A stretch of DNA of 64,000 bases, taken from contig CM097885.1 of the NCBI GenBank assembly GCA_044892525.1, positions 47,803,727 through 47,867,726 of the forward strand, in the 5' to 3' direction. The stretch comes from Schmidtea polychroa (Eukaryota). Below are positions 28,137-48,549 of the stretch, one piece after another. The notes beneath the pieces are model-generated. The model ran no database searches. It saw only the letters and a list, made by a program, of their open reading frames with translations, and was not told the origin of the DNA. Position numbers and translations under genes: made by a program. Numbering within the stretch: position 1 is the stretch's first letter; every line of letters begins with the position of its first letter.

Positions 28137-29793
28137 CAATTAAATTTATGTGAATAATAAAATATATATTGTGAATTATTTGACTTCGTTAATTAAAATA
28201 TGTTTTATCATTTAATAATTCATTTGTCCAATTAATTTAGATAATTAGTTTTAAGTAAGAATTATTATTTATCATGAAAAACTTTGCTTTGTTTTGAAAA
28301 ATTAATGCCCATTTTATTTAAATTAACACAGCTTTATTTTATGATAATTACCAATTAAAATTTTATTCAAATTGAATAATTACTAATTAAAATTTTATTC
28401 AAATTGAAATATTATTGTTATAATTTACGCTCTTGTTAGAATATAATGTAAAATTAAAAAATAAATAAATAAAATAAATAATAATTAAATAACGTTGGTA
28501 ATTAAAATAAAGTATTAATAAACAAATTAATTAATTAAATGTAATAAATTAAAAATTAACTAAAATAAGTAATTAAAGTATAACATCATAAAATAATTAA
28601 CTAATAAAATTAAAGAGAAAAAAAAATAGAAGTAATTAAATAAAATTAAAAATAATAATAATAATAATAATAATTAAAAAGCGTAAGTAATTAAAATAAA
28701 ATATTAATAAACTAATAAATTAATTAAATGTAATAAATTAAAAATTAACTAAAGTAAGTAATTAAAATATAACATCATAAAATAATTAATTAATAAAATT
28801 AAAAAGAAGTAATTAAATAAAATGTTAATTTAAAAAATAAATGATTCGATTGGTCTATATTTGATCTTGATATTCCATGACCTTGAAAGTGAGTTGGAGT
28901 CCTTACTACATACTACTTTCATACACAAAGGTTTTAGATAACAGACCAGATATAAAATTTCTAAAGATGACGTGATCCGGACATTCTTTTTAACAATGAT
29001 TAATTTTAACTTTAAAAGTTTAAGTAAAAATTAATATTATTAAAATCCTCTATTTTTTCGATCATCTTTGATTTTTTTCATAGTGAAATGAAATTTTGAA
29101 TTTTTATAATTTTTGGGAACTTATAATATGTAATGTTTTGTTGATAAGAACAATGAATCCAAAAGTGCAAAAAACTGTGAGTACTTTTGTTTTGAATATT
29201 TTAAATAGTTCGGTGGTAAATTGAGCGCGTGTGAATTGTTGTTGTTTTTCAAATGTATTAAACAGTATTATATTTGTTGACTTATAGTGAGTTATTGTAG
29301 TTTATATGTGCGGATGATAAGAAATTCTGTTCGAACCATGCCGAGTCACCTATAAAAATACTGTTTCGGGACAGCTGGGATGAATGTATGTTATTTAAAA
29401 TATTGTGTTTACAAATAAGTATAAAATAATAAACTAGCGAAATATAACCAACAAATTATACTTTTATAACTTTTATTAACACTAAAAATTATAAATCTTA
29501 TTTGTTTGGGATATCACGAACCACAATTCTGGTTAAGATAATTTCGAGTCTTTTGAAATAGAATGAATACGAAATTTCTTAGCTCCCGTAATGTTTATTT
29601 CCTTTCAATACTTTTAATAATGCTTGTAATTGAAGTTGATATTAAGGTTGAAATTGATATTGAAGTTTGAGTTCGATTTGAGATTGGTTTTGGGGAATTG
29701 TTTTATACAGAAACTGAACTGAAACCGTTTCTTTACGCCTGGTTGTAGTTGAATAGACTAACATAGATAATAATTTTCTATACTGTATTTTGT

Positions 29794-30187
29794 TTCCGTA
29801 CACCCTCCTATAACGCGTCACTCTTGTAACGCGTTTTTGCTACAACGCGGTTAAAGGAATGCGGAAATTTTTCTTGTCACGCGATTTTTGTATATCGTAA
29901 CAGGAATGCACAATTCAGCAAAGAAATTTACTTTTTACGAGACGTTATCGTTTTCGATCGTTTGTGATATACATTTATGTTTGTTTTCAGTCATCGAATA
30001 AAATGAATCACAACAATTATTTTTATTTTACAGTGAACATCAATGAATAAACAGTAAACACACTGCTTCTTACTTGAAACCGGCTTCTATATATTTCCTA
30101 TAAAGTTTATATCTCTTACAACGCGATTTCGTTCTACGCGGCCTTTTCTGAGAACTTATCTATCGCGTTGTGAGAGGTTTGACTGTA
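29794..30187. mobile_element. pogo/Tigger-like MITE
   Basis: Right end CGCGTTGTGAGAGGTTTGACTG-TA; degenerate left end CCGTACACCCTCCTATAACGCG; repeated (T/C)AACGCG subterminal motifs. Confidence 0.55.
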
Positions 30188-32243
30188 TAACTATTAACAT
30201 AGATTATGATGACAGCCTGATTATTATTCGGAAATATGTTTCGTTTGTTTGGCGTTTTAGTGTTTTTATTAAAAATGGGACATCAATATAATTATGCTTA
30301 AAAGTGTTAATAATTAAAAGTTATTTAGAATATTAATAATAATTTTTTCAATATTTTTTAAATATTATTTAAATATTTTTAAATATTTAAATTAATAATT
30401 GTTTTAATCAGTGTTAGTTATCAATTTATTAGTGATCAATTTACTAGATTCGGTTGAAAATTCTACAAACGGCGTTGGACAGGAATTTCTGAATCCTTGA
30501 ATTAACTTCTTGAATGTCCTAAGAACATAATTTATATATCAAAATGATAAACCGTTCTTGCTATAAGCGTAGAATTTCTGCAAAAATATGACAAATGGGG
30601 AATTTTTATCAAAATTTTTAACTTTAAAAACGAATCAAATTTTAACTAATTTTTATAATGGATATCCTATTACATAATCCAATTGAATTTTCAACAATCT
30701 TTCGGAAAATGTTAACACTTATTTTTCGATTTTATTCAGCATATTGATGACATAAACATTTATAGTTACTAAGCGTTTTAGTGGCTTGTTTATCATATTG
30801 AAGTTAAGGATAAATAGTAGGAGACTTTGTGGACCATTTCAATATGGATCCGACAACAAATGGTAAATCATTCCCCGGAATATATAACGCAAATAATGGT
30901 CAACAGTAATTTTTTTCGATTGCAAAAAGCGATTACACAAATAAAACATATTGTAAAAAATATTTATATATAAATTTCATAAATGTCTGTCTATTAAATG
31001 ATTCATATCAAATTTTCAACGATTGGAATATTTTTAGAGAAATTATATTATTTAAACAAAAAAAAGAATAAATAAAAATTTTCAAAAATGAATTTAAAAT
31101 AAAAACATGATAATAATTATTTTTAATAATAATTTCTATATATTTACTAAGGGTGATTTTTGACAAAAAATATTATTACCGCAAACAATATGATGTAGTC
31201 GAGTGAAACTCTACTCCGATAATTATTACCATGTACCCTGTCCAGCCTTTTCCATAAGCATTATCGATCATTCCACAAAATTGCGGGAAAACTGACTTTA
31301 AGTTAAGAAATATAAGTCTGATTATCTTACACAATTCTCTAAATCATTTTTCTTCAGTTTATTGTACAAAAGATTCGATAGACCCAAAATACATTTCGAT
31401 AGGGGATTCTTTTTCTTCACTTGTTCGCTTTTAATTTATATATTTTCCCCATCAAAATTTCATTTCCAATAATAATGTCTAAAACATGTTAAAATAAATT
31501 CTCCTTTTCGATGAATCGATATTTCTATGAGCACTTTCCTTCAACGGAATAGTTAGAAAATTAATTTTTTAATAGAAAAATATTTTATCGAATATTTCTT
31601 TTAGAATAGTTTTTATAACATTTTGAATTTTTCTTTTACGTTAGTTAAAAATAATTAAAAATTTTTAGAAAATTTTAAAGGTTTTAATTTGATTTTATTT
31701 TTTAAAAAATTTTCACCCCCATGACAAATAAATAAAAAAGTATTGATAAATAAAAAGTATTGATCGACGGCGAATCATTAACACTTCGTTAAATCGTCTA
31801 TCAAATTTGTTATATTGCTGAAATTCGACGTTAAAATGTCTTTTAAACAATATCAGCTACCATTGCATGTTGTTACTCACTAGTTACATTCATAACCCAA
31901 GTGTATAATTCATAATATGGCAACTGGAGGCGTAGTTAACGTCAAAATATTAACCTCACTAGTCACTCATGATCGAAATGTCAGTTGGTGCGTGTTTCAG
32001 CGATTTGAGTTTCGTTAATTATTGCAATTCATCGAGCAATGTTAAAATGTTGACACAGGAAAATAGAAAAATATATTTTAAGATAATTAACAAATTTATT
32101 ATTATTTATAGGTGGCCTGATACGAGTAACAAATCAAAGAAGGTCAAACAGAATTTTTGTATCAATCAAGATGCCCCAGAATTCGCAGGATCATCTAATC
32201 GATCAAATTTTATACTGAAATTAGGATTCACCATATAGATTTA

Positions 32244-32834
32244 CAGGGACGTAGCCAGGATTTCAGCTTGGGAGAGGCAAAATTATTAATTATTGCAATT
32301 CATCGAGCAATGTTAAAAGTTGACACAAGAAAATATAAAAAAAATATGTTAAGATAATTAACAACTTTATTATTATTTATTAACAATGTATATTACATAG
32401 AATATATTACAACATAATAATAATTCTTCTTTGTCCTTTCATTAATTCAGAAAGTATTTCATCCAGACTTATTTTAATGTCTTGATGAACATATAACAAA
32501 GCCAATCCGTTTAACCTTTTTTCATCCATGGTATTTCTTAAATATGACTTCAGGTATTTAAGTGATGAAAAAGAACGCTCTGCTGAGTACTTTGTTGTCC
32601 GAAAAGACCGACAAATTACCGGAATAGATAGTGTGAGCATAGTTGTACTGTCTTGTATTTAAAAAGACTTAACTAAAAATATACATTGTTTTTTTATTTT
32701 CATACAATTCTCATAACAAAACCAAAATAAACTTTTTAAAATATTTCATTCCTAATTTATATTTGATAATCTATAATTTATTTGGGGAGGAGTGGTTTGC
32801 AAATGCCCCCTATGTCGCCCTAGCTACGTTCCTG
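32244..32834 (-). mobile_element. Internally deleted hAT transposon retaining a dimerization-domain fragment
   Basis: TIRs CAGGGACGTAGC / GCTACGTTCCTG; 8-bp flanks TAGATTTA and CATATTTA match 6/8; ORF 32407-32640 reads SAERSFSSLKYLKSYLRNTM..RLNGLALL. Confidence 0.85.
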
Positions 32835-34130
32835 CATATTTATCTTCATTTCTTTTGAGACTATAGATCTATATTTCATTTGTGCTTAACATTTGATTTA
32901 TAGACAAATTGCGTTCCTATTATTACTGAATCCCAACTTATTAACGAATACATTAAAATTTACCAAAATCAATTATTCATTCTATGATACCAACAAAAGT
33001 TTTTAAAAAAACTTTTTTTTATGTTTTCTTTATTTTTATACTTTATTTTATTTCATTATTTTTTTTTATTCTTTGTTTTCTTAATTTTTATTTTATAGAC
33101 GAGTTCCGTAAATCTAGTGTTAAAAGCTGTCGTGTTAAATATAAAAGCAAATAATTGATATATAGAAATGATACGCAGTGAGGGCGTCATGAAAGCTTTA
33201 GGGCCATTAACGAGGGTAACTACGAAGATTACTTTTAAAATAAATAATCACTATAAATGACCAAACTTATGTATTTCGCAAAACTCTAATACAAGAATTT
33301 CTTTTCTATCTTTAATAAAATCGTGGTTGGGTCTATGATATTAAATGTTTTATTCAATATATTTTAGTAAGTGAAAAATTATATTTATTAAAAGATTTTG
33401 TTAGAATTGCGAAAATTAATAGAGAAAATCTAATTCGTAAACAAACTTAATAAATTGAAAAATCCCACCCCTTTAGAAGATTTCATATGAAAACTATGTG
33501 TAAAGAGTCCCTCACAGTGCATACACACGCTTATAAATCAAAAAAATAATTGAGCGTAAAGATTTTGGTACAATGAAAGACGAATTTTCCATTCAATCTA
33601 TCTAGAAATTCTGTAATATCCTGTTGTGTTATCATTTGTCTGATTTTGTCGACGCTGCCTCAGTTGCCTCGACTTATGGGATATTCGTGTGATATCAAAT
33701 GCCATTGATATTTGACTCCACATGTAATATCACACCTATCCTCACTCAGTGCAGAACTTCTTCTATCACTCGCTTCGTTGCCACTCATAAAACCTTTTCC
33801 ACGTATTTAATACATTTATATTTGACATGCACTAGAAATTCTCTTTCAATTAAATACAACTTTTGTTTTCCTCAGATATGTCTGGTAAATGAAATTATGG
33901 GATTTCTATAACTAATACAACTGAACACTTCTTCAATAATTTTCCTTAAAGTTATTCAGATCAGCACCAATAAAATTTACTGTTTTTAACTTTTAAAAGT
34001 ATCACTAAAATCTTTTCTTTTTGTTTACCTATGATCTGTTTTATCTATTAGAATTTTGATATCCCCATTTAGATACACATTTAAATATTTTTACGTAATA
34101 ATTAAATAATGGCAGCGTAATGACACTAAA

Positions 34131-34301
<171 letters not shown>

Positions 34302-37300
34302 TAAATAAACATATCAATAATTTTATTATTAAAAGACGCCACTCAAATATGCGTTTCACGATCTATTTCGAGGGTTTTCCTGTGAGATGGGATGAAAAAC
34401 TATAAATATAAAATATTAATAATTTAATAAAAAAAATTCAAAATTTATGAATTTTAAAAAATTTTTCATTTAATATAAACAAATAATTATTTTTTCATCT
34501 AAACTATTTTCAAAATAATATTTTTAGACATATTTTTAAATATTTTATTTTAATTTTATCAAGAAAATCGATATATTTAAAAACAAATTTATTTAACTTT
34601 ATTATTTAAAACCATTTGACAACTACAACAATCCACATATCCTTAATGTAACACCAAAATATTTCAAAAGATTGAAACCACAAGTGTATACAGCATTTTG
34701 GACATTGACTTCGGATCTAATAGCCCTATTAACAAAGATTCCCATTGGGCAGTTTGGCCAACGGGAGTTTTGGGATTCTTAGGTGCAGATTCGCCTGCAT
34801 GTAGACCTGATAGAGTGCTTGACCCTGCTCCTGAATCAAACTCCTCTGTGCTTGGGTCGTTTTGGATCTTTTGCTGCGCCTCCTTTATTTTTGGGACCTG
34901 CATTAACGAAATCATAAAAATGTGCAAAATAATAAATTATGATAATAATAGTTAGAAAAAATGAACGAGAATTGGCGTTAAAAAAGACACTAATAACATT
35001 ACAAAACATCATCAAATAATTTTCATAAAAATTAAAGAAAAAAAATTCTTATGAATCGTCCGATAGTTAGAAATTTTCCAATACATTAGAGTTCCGTAAA
35101 AATCGAAATCTAGTAAAGTTGCAAAATTTGGTTTTTGTATAAAAAAGTGATGTTGGGTTTGCAAAGACATCGGTCTTCTATAGTTTTTGTTGGTTTGGGC
35201 AACCAATCAAGATTGATCACGCCTACGCATCTCGATCAATTTAATTTTTATATTTGCGATTTAAATTCCAATCGATTTTATTAGTCCATTTTATTTTTGT
35301 TTTGATTGTTGTTCGTTTTCTACTTTTTTTCTTAATTTTTCTATTTTCCTGATTGATTGAGCGATCGCCTTTGGATAATCATATATTTTTTGCTATTTTG
35401 TGTCTTTTTCGAAGATATTTTTGTGTTTTTTATATATTAAAACATGTTTCTTGCGCATCAGTTTATTATTTTTGTTTCACTCTTTATCTACTTTTTGTTT
35501 GATTATTTTAAATGACTTTAGGTGGTTTTTATATTATATGGTCTAGACCTACTATTCTTAATTATTCTAGATTTATTGTTACTAATTTTAATAATTTTTT
35601 TCGGGTCTCCCCATGGGTTTCATTCTTTATCTGCACGTTTCAGCCCAACAATCCATAAACACATTAATGATTTATTTTCTTCATTATCCAATTTACACAC
35701 AATAGTCAAATTACACCCAGACATTCTCAAACAAGGGTTCTTAGGATTCTTAATACATTTATCAACAGTTTCTTATCATCATTAATAAAAATAATTTTAA
35801 ATGCCCATTCAAGAACCAATTTATCAACACTTTTACTGAATTTGAAATTTAAATTAATTCATATTAACTTGAATTTATAAAAACTTTCATGAGAATTAGA
35901 GACCAATCTCAGTTGGTTTTATGTAAATCTCTGTTTTATAATGTTTATCTTTATGTTTATTAGATGTTTGGTTTTTTAAATTAATCACATCCATATTTTA
36001 AAAACAAAACAAAACTATATTTTTAAAAAAACACAAAATCTCTCTTATTAAAACAATCTCTATTTTTAGCTTAGAGGATATTTTCGCAAGCATGAGTTAA
36101 TATTTGAACAGGGAATATTCGTACACAAGCATTCAATAAATATTTTATATTTTAATTTTCAATCATTCTTAAATATATTTAATTTATTATTTTATTTCCT
36201 GATTTTATTTTCCCTAAATCTGGAAATTAAATACTAATATAATTTAATTTCTCTCACAACGCTGGATTAACAAATCCAACAAAGCAATTAATTTATTTCT
36301 CTCCGTTACACATGTGATTACACTGTTTTTATGTAAACTGTTCATATAATGTAAAAATGGTTCTACATGCCTTTGATTTTCATATGTTTAAGAGAAAAAT
36401 ATCATCTATAAACCATTTATAAATAATGTGTTTCTCAAATTTGAAAGAAACTTTTTTTAAGCTTACTAAAAATATTGATCACATTGATAGTGCTATAGGG
36501 GAATTCTTAGCAAATCATCCTATTTGCTGATACCATTCATTATTGAAAGGAAAATTGACTTTGTTGTACCCCAGTGATTCTCAACAAATTAATGGATTTT
36601 TAAAATTTGATAAATCATAATTTTTCTCAATTATATACGTACTATTTTATGTATTTTATGATAGAAACAATTTCTTAACATTGAAGATATAGTTCTAACC
36701 AAGATCTATAAGCAAAATTGAAATTGTTAAGTAAGGGCTTGTAAAATAATTTGTTAATTAATTCAAAAACTGGGGGCAATTTGACTTTTAAACTCTATTG
36801 TTGGGGACATAGAGCATAACATGATGAGAAGCACTGTTGTAGTCCATTCAAGAATTTTACTAAATGCCCTTCCATCTAAAATATGATGTTCAGAGATGTT
36901 TTCATTCTCTAACAAGCAACATAAATCAATAGTTTAAACTAATGGTATAATCGTAAACAAACGATGATGTTATTTCAATAGTCCCCATAAACTTTTAAGC
37001 ACTTCGAAGGAATTTTATTCGGCACTTAACCTTTTTAACAAATAATGTTATACATACAACACCGGTGTCTTATTTTCTTTTATAAAAGAATACATTTCTA
37101 TACGATGAAAAATTATCATCAATTAATTGGCAAAGTTGTGTCGAATTCTCAGCTTGATAAAAACGATTGGCAAAGTACTATGAAGTGTACTCAATAATAC
37201 CTGACCAGCTTCTAGGATTGCATTTACTCTTTCATTAACCTATGGACACGACTGTTGTTTTTTTGGACACAATATAGAATTGAATTGTTCAATTGAAGTA

Positions 37301-37436
37301 TCTGCAATATAATTCGATTAAAATAACTTGAAATTATTTGAAAATTCGTGAATATCAAAAAGAATCTTTACTGATTCATAGTCATATTTTTAATACATAT
37401 AATGTCAATAGAGTAATAACAATAATAATAATAATG

Positions 37437-37504
<68 letters not shown>

Positions 37505-37505
37505 C

Positions 37506-37629
<124 letters not shown>

Positions 37630-38979
37630 AAATTATAGTAATATTATTCTAATTAAAGCGTCACTAGTCACCATCAAGTTGTGAGGTTGTGACAGAAAAT
37701 GGTAGACTATTTCATTGTTTATAAATTGTTGATTAGGAAATGCTTATCGGTTCTTGTAAACTTGATGTCACCGTGTCTGGCGCGTAATGATTTGCGTCTT
37801 GAATGAGATGACGAGATGCGCCGAAAATCACATCAGATCTCGTCAATTTCTCATCATTGAAACTCACATTGATCAGATCAATTCAGAATTGGTGCAAATA
37901 TTTGTGCACCATTTATGAGTTTATTCTACCTTGATTTTGTGAGTATAATTAGAATTTCTACGTAGCGATAGCGTAAAATTCGAATATTTTCTATCTATTA
38001 TTGAACTTTTAAAACAATTTCAACTTTTTTGTTAACCTAAATTTAGAATTTTAACATTTATGGGAAAATATATAAATTGAACCGAGTACATTAGACATTC
38101 AATAGTAGGGTCCGGGTGAACTCGGTTTAATCCGGTAATTAGTTGCTTGGGATTTACTCGGGAAAAGTAAATTCTGCCTATTTGTGTTATTTATATTTAA
38201 AATGGAGATACATAATTATAAAATACAACTATCCATAGATTTACTTGTAATTTTGTTTACAAAGTTTGACTTTTATAGATAAAAAATTATTATTTGATGT
38301 TTGAAATAACATTAAATCAAAATAAGCAAAAACAATCAATAAATTGTCAAATTTAAACAATTTTATTATATTTTCAATGTGATTTGAGCATAAATAATTT
38401 TTATAACTTAATTTTTATATTATTTTATTGTAAATAATTTTGATAATCACTAAATAATAATAATGAGTAATTATACAGTGACTTCAAAATTTAGACCCCC
38501 GCAAAAGAAATATTTTTCCCCAAATGTTTTTTTTTAACAAAAAAAAGTTACACATTAGATATTTATTTCATATGTCATATAACAATAAAAATTAAATTTA
38601 AATAAAAATAACATAAAACGAAATTAAATATCTAAATAAATTGAACACTATTACAGAAAAATAAGAAATGAAAAAAGTTGACTTAAAAAGAGAAACTTTA
38701 ACTTATGGATTTGAAAATGAGAATTTACACTTACAAGTTAATGTATGAAATTAAATACTCAACAAATTTTAACTTTTGACTAATTCACATACAAACACAA
38801 CATACAACGTTATCAAAATTAACTAAATAATATTAATATAACCCTTGAATTCATATCAAAGATGCAAATTACGCACTAGTACAAAAATTAATATTTGAAG
38901 AATATAACTTTAATACGAATGATGATATTTTTATATTCGTGGTTGCACCAAAGCGGCGCGAAAACCATTTCAGTGTATG

Positions 38980-39410
38980 TGTTACCGTTAAAGAATGAAA
39001 TCCGTTATTTCATAGAATACCTAGTTATTCCATGAAAAAACTGATCGTGTCCGTTAAAGTGTAAAACTCTCTTGTATTTCATGGTTTAACTTGTTAAAGT
39101 GTAAAAAAATCTATATCATATATCTCGCTTTTCAAAATGTCAACGACAAATAGAATTAAAATGTTCGTGTAAAACCCAGTGTGTCAACAAAAAATGTTTT
39201 TGTTTTAGAAATAATGTTCTTTGTAATTCCAAGTGTCATTTTAGTAATCCTTGTTGTGACAAGATTTATAGAATACCTAGTTATTTCATAGAATAACTAG
39301 TTAAAGTGTCAAATTATTAACATATTACACACTTTAACGGACACGATCATATTTCATGGAATAACTAGGTATTCTATGAAATAACTGCATTATATACTTT
39401 AACGGTAACA
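38980..39410. mobile_element. MITE with ~85-bp imperfect terminal inverted repeats
   Basis: TGTTACCGTTAAAG...GTTATTTCATAGAATACCTAGTTATTCCATGAAA...GATCGTGTCCGTTAAAGTGT is mirrored at ~39328-39410. Confidence 0.75.
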
Positions 39411-39861
39411 TATGTATATAAACAAATTTATTGTATAATGTTTTTAATGAGAATTTTAAGCTCCTGTATCTGGTGTCTCTCCCCCGCCAGTGGAGGGCCG
39501 CCACAGCCTATAACTCCCCTTAAAACTAAGGAAACGCCTGAAAATCTATAGAACCTTTTATTTGCACTGATTAAATTAAGTATCATCATTAATATTGTAA
39601 AGAGTCCTACAATATCAATGTGGACAATTTCAAAACTACTGTTTCTAGGTTAGTATTTAAAGATTCTTAAAAATTTAATTAGAAATTTTGTTAAATTTAA
39701 AAAATATTTTTATTGAAAAATATTTTAAAAGAAGACTGAAATTTAGCATTTTTAAAATATATTTTTATCGAAAAATATTTTAAAAGAAAAATTGAAATTT
39801 ATTTAAATAACAAAAATAAGAAAGACAAGTATTTGAGTGTAAAATTTATTGAATAAAATTT

Positions 39862-40900
39862 ATGGAATTATTTAGTGATTTGCAAGCCGATATTAATGTT
39901 GTAACGGATGAGAATCCTAATATGGTGGCAGCGGTAAACACCGACGCGATTACCGAAAGATTGTTGCCAAAGGTATTTTGTCAAGGTGATGACTTGGAAA
40001 AATTCACTAGAAGATGCGAGATTTATTTCGATACTAAAGGCATCAATAAAAAAGAACAGGAAAGATTGACTGCATGTATGATCGACGAGGATCTATTGAA
40101 GAAATATGCAAAGACAGTTAAAAAAGCAGAAGGATTTCAAGCCAGGTTACGAATGGTATTTGATTACGAAAGAGACGTAATATAGGATATGAAAGTTTAT
40201 TGAATTATAAAAGAAGAGGCGAAGAGATTAAAACATATTTTAAAAAAGTGGAGGACCTTGTCGAGAGGTTGTTTGAGAATAAAGAATTCACCAAAGAAAA
40301 AATAACAGCAAATAAAGAAGTTAAGAAAGAAGTAATATTGCGGAAGATTAAAAGCACAGAAGAAATAAAGGAAACATTAATTCTGATGAATAAAGTGGAC
40401 AAGTAGAGAGATCAGATAAACGCTATGAAAAGTTATGCAAGAGTGATCTATCAGGATCCACAGAGAAGAGGACAGTAAGAGCAGAAATATGAAAGAGAAG
40501 AAGGCAGGTGACGAGAAGAACCAGAGTGCTGGCTATACCACAAAATAGGCCACACTAAAATAGACTGTCCAGTAAGAAGTAAGATAGAGTGCTGGACATG
40601 TCAGAGAAGCGGACATATAAGTAGGAATTGTCCAGATAAAAAAGAGCCAAGATGTTTTGGTTGTGGGAAAGAAGGTCATATAAGAAGGTTATGTCAAGAA
40701 ATACGGTGTAAAAGATGCAATAGAAATGGTCATAGATTTGAAGAATGTTATACAAAGTCGAGTTACAAGAAAACGATAGGGAAACAAAGACCAACAGGAA
40801 ACAGATACAGCCGGATTAATGGAATCGAAGAAGAAGAGGAAATGGAATCGTGCATAGAGACAAATGAAGATAATTTTAGTTGGACGTATTCAAACAACAG
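39862..40900 (+). pseudogene. Degenerate LTR-retrotransposon gag with CCHC zinc knuckles
   Basis: 40528-40748 translates to CWTCQRSGHISRNC, CFGCGKEGHIRRLC, CKRCNRNGHRFEEC and a degenerate fourth knuckle; upstream gag-like fragments carry stops and frameshifts. Confidence 0.75.
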
Positions 40901-41621
40901 GGCTCCACCAGTAGAGGAGTTGGTTGGAGCCATATACTAACAGAAAAGTGGATGGGATATCCTCAAGGGATAGAAAAGTGGGAGAATATAGGAAGGGTAG
41001 GTGAGAAAGTATACAGGTTCCTAAGGAGAAAACAGTTTGAAGAGGAAGTGAAAAGAATTGGAACAATTGAAACGGGGCAGGAGGTAGAAACTACTGTTAA
41101 TATTTAAGTAATAATGTATAAAACAAATTATTAATCGATAGTCTGAAAAGAAATGAAGAAAAAAGAAATTGAAGTAAAGTTTTAAAGAAATTAGTTTTGA
41201 ACTTATGAAAATTAATAAAATTTTGATTAAAACAATAATTTATTTTATTAAAAAATGCAAGACAATGAAATCATTTATTTTTTTGTTCGCCATTGATCTG
41301 TTTTGTCTTTATAGAGAATTTCATTTATCTTTATTTAGTTTTCACTTGTGAAGGTGGTACCAAAATTATGTGTTGAACAGAAAATAGTGATTTATAGCCA
41401 AAATCTGAATGAAAATAAATGAAATCACATGGAAAATTATCGAAAATAAATTTAATTCATCCTAATTATAACATTCAAAATCAAATTTATCAAACTCAAG
41501 AACTGAAAGAGAAATTTAATATTTCTCATATTTGTTGGAGAATTGATAAATTTTAACTTTTCAAGCCGATACAAATAAATATTAAATATTAAAAATTCTT
41601 AATTTTTTGGTTACTTTTAAT

Positions 41622-42069
41622 CAGTGCTCGAAGTGGAACAAAATATGTGCCGGGATAGGCATGCTGTGGCACCCGGGATTCCAGGCTTTTATGCTGAAAT
41701 TTTCAGTTGGCGGTGTTGCAAAACTTTGGGGGGTGTCCAACAAATTTTTTGGGGGGGGGGTGTCCACCCATTTAATCATAAGTTGCTGGATTAACTAAAA
41801 TAAATAAGAGAATATACCTACCTATCCATTACTGCTGCTTGGGAAATTCTTAATTGAATAGAGAATAGAGAATAAAGAATATATATATATACATACATTT
41901 ATGGATGTACTATGTGTGACCTTAATTGCAGTATTTGTGTGCCTATAAAATGAAATAAGTACCGGGATAAACCTATAGATTATATGAAATGAAGTGCCGG
42001 GATGCAATTCCGCCTACATAATCAATGCCGGGATAATATCCCGGCTATCCCGCCTTACTTCGAGCACTG
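41622..42069. mobile_element. hAT-type MITE, 448 bp
   Basis: 13-bp TIR CAGTGCTCGAAGT / ACTTCGAGCACTG with a perfect 8-bp TSD CTTTTAAT. Confidence 0.92.
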
Positions 42070-42268
42070 CTTTTAATCTGTATTTTAAAATTCCATTCAC
42101 AAAGAGTCAAATACTTTTTTATACTCAACACAAATAATACTTGATAGAGGCAAAGCCGAAAAATTTTGTTATGTATAATAAAAATTGTTTGATCTTTTGA
42201 CAAAATGAAAATAAATTAAATTAAAAAAATTATTATATTGCTATGTCAGGGAGTGTTACTATAATATA

Positions 42269-42424
<156 letters not shown>

Positions 42425-43179
42425 CAAAATTCGTACGAATTGACAGAATATCTTTTGAAGACCTCTTTCTATGGCGAATAACTTAAATATATTAATTTTT
42501 TTATTAATTTTTTTATTTATTTATTTCTGTATATGTATGTATGTATTTTAATATAATTCAATGAACTGATTGCTTATTGGAAAATTGATATACTATCAAA
42601 TCACATTCGCTTTGTCAGCAAACAGATTCAATTTCATAGATGCACAATAGAATAAAAACCCGAATCGATATTTAATTAATGCAACAAGTTTAGTTGATAA
42701 CGGAATATTAAATAGATTGCATAATCAACAAATTGTTACTGCCCATCGTATACCATTTTATATGTGAGAAATTACCTTTAAAATATTCACATATCGATTT
42801 ATAATTAGAATATTTTTAATATCATGATTTTCGATTTAAATAGTTTAAATATATTTTTTTCTTTTTATAAAATCTTTTTTAGAAAGTTTTTAAATATTTT
42901 CTATTGATTTAATAGCCTGATAAATCAAAAATCGGATCGATTGTCAATTGATGCAGAGATGATTGAGTAGCCAATCAGATTCAACTATTAATGTTAGTCA
43001 ATAGAATCGTGTGCGGAATTATCGTGAAATAAAGAAAGCGCTGTTGGTTTATTAATTGACCAATAATAAAGCTTGTTAGATTTTATTTTATATTTGCACT
43101 ATCTGTCGTGTGCTCAGATATTATTATTCATACCACTCAAAAATCCTTATAGTTAGAATTTTGATTTATTTCAAAGTAG

Positions 43180-47914
<4,735 letters not shown>

Positions 47915-48474
47915 CGACAAAATATTACCAGAGCAGAAAAAAAGGAAAAATTAAATCCATCTTAATATGTATATTCCAAATAAATGTAATATTATCTCTT
48001 GTTGCTTTTTTATCCTTTACTAATTGGCAATTTTGAATTAAACGATCATTCTTTCGATTTTTTGTTGTTTTATTGTAAATAAATAGCTGGTTTTGCAGAT
48101 TGTACGTTTATAGTGGAAATGGGAAATAATTCTTCGTAGGAATGTGCTATGTAGCGAATAATTAGAATCAGTGTTATCACCAATTAGGGAGAAAACGAGT
48201 GTATTGTCAAATCCTACTGAGAAACAGGTTGATCAACAATGGCTATTGTTTCAAAAGCATTCAAGATTTCTTGACATTAATGATTTAAAGGATGGGGAGG
48301 GGAAAATATATTCGGCTTTGATAATAGACTCTTGTTAGGAATCTTTCTGTTTAATTATTATAAAAATGGGAACACCATTTTGATTTCGATTATTTATCAT
48401 TTAATCAATTTTATTATTTTGAATTATTAAAATTTTATTTTTATATTTGTTTAAATTGATAACATTTTCATTAA

Positions 48475-48549
<75 letters not shown>

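Noticed and set aside
34664..34955. GC-richer ORF pair that could be a host exon or retroelement fragment
   Set aside because: No recognisable domain and no convincing partner exons; left unassigned.
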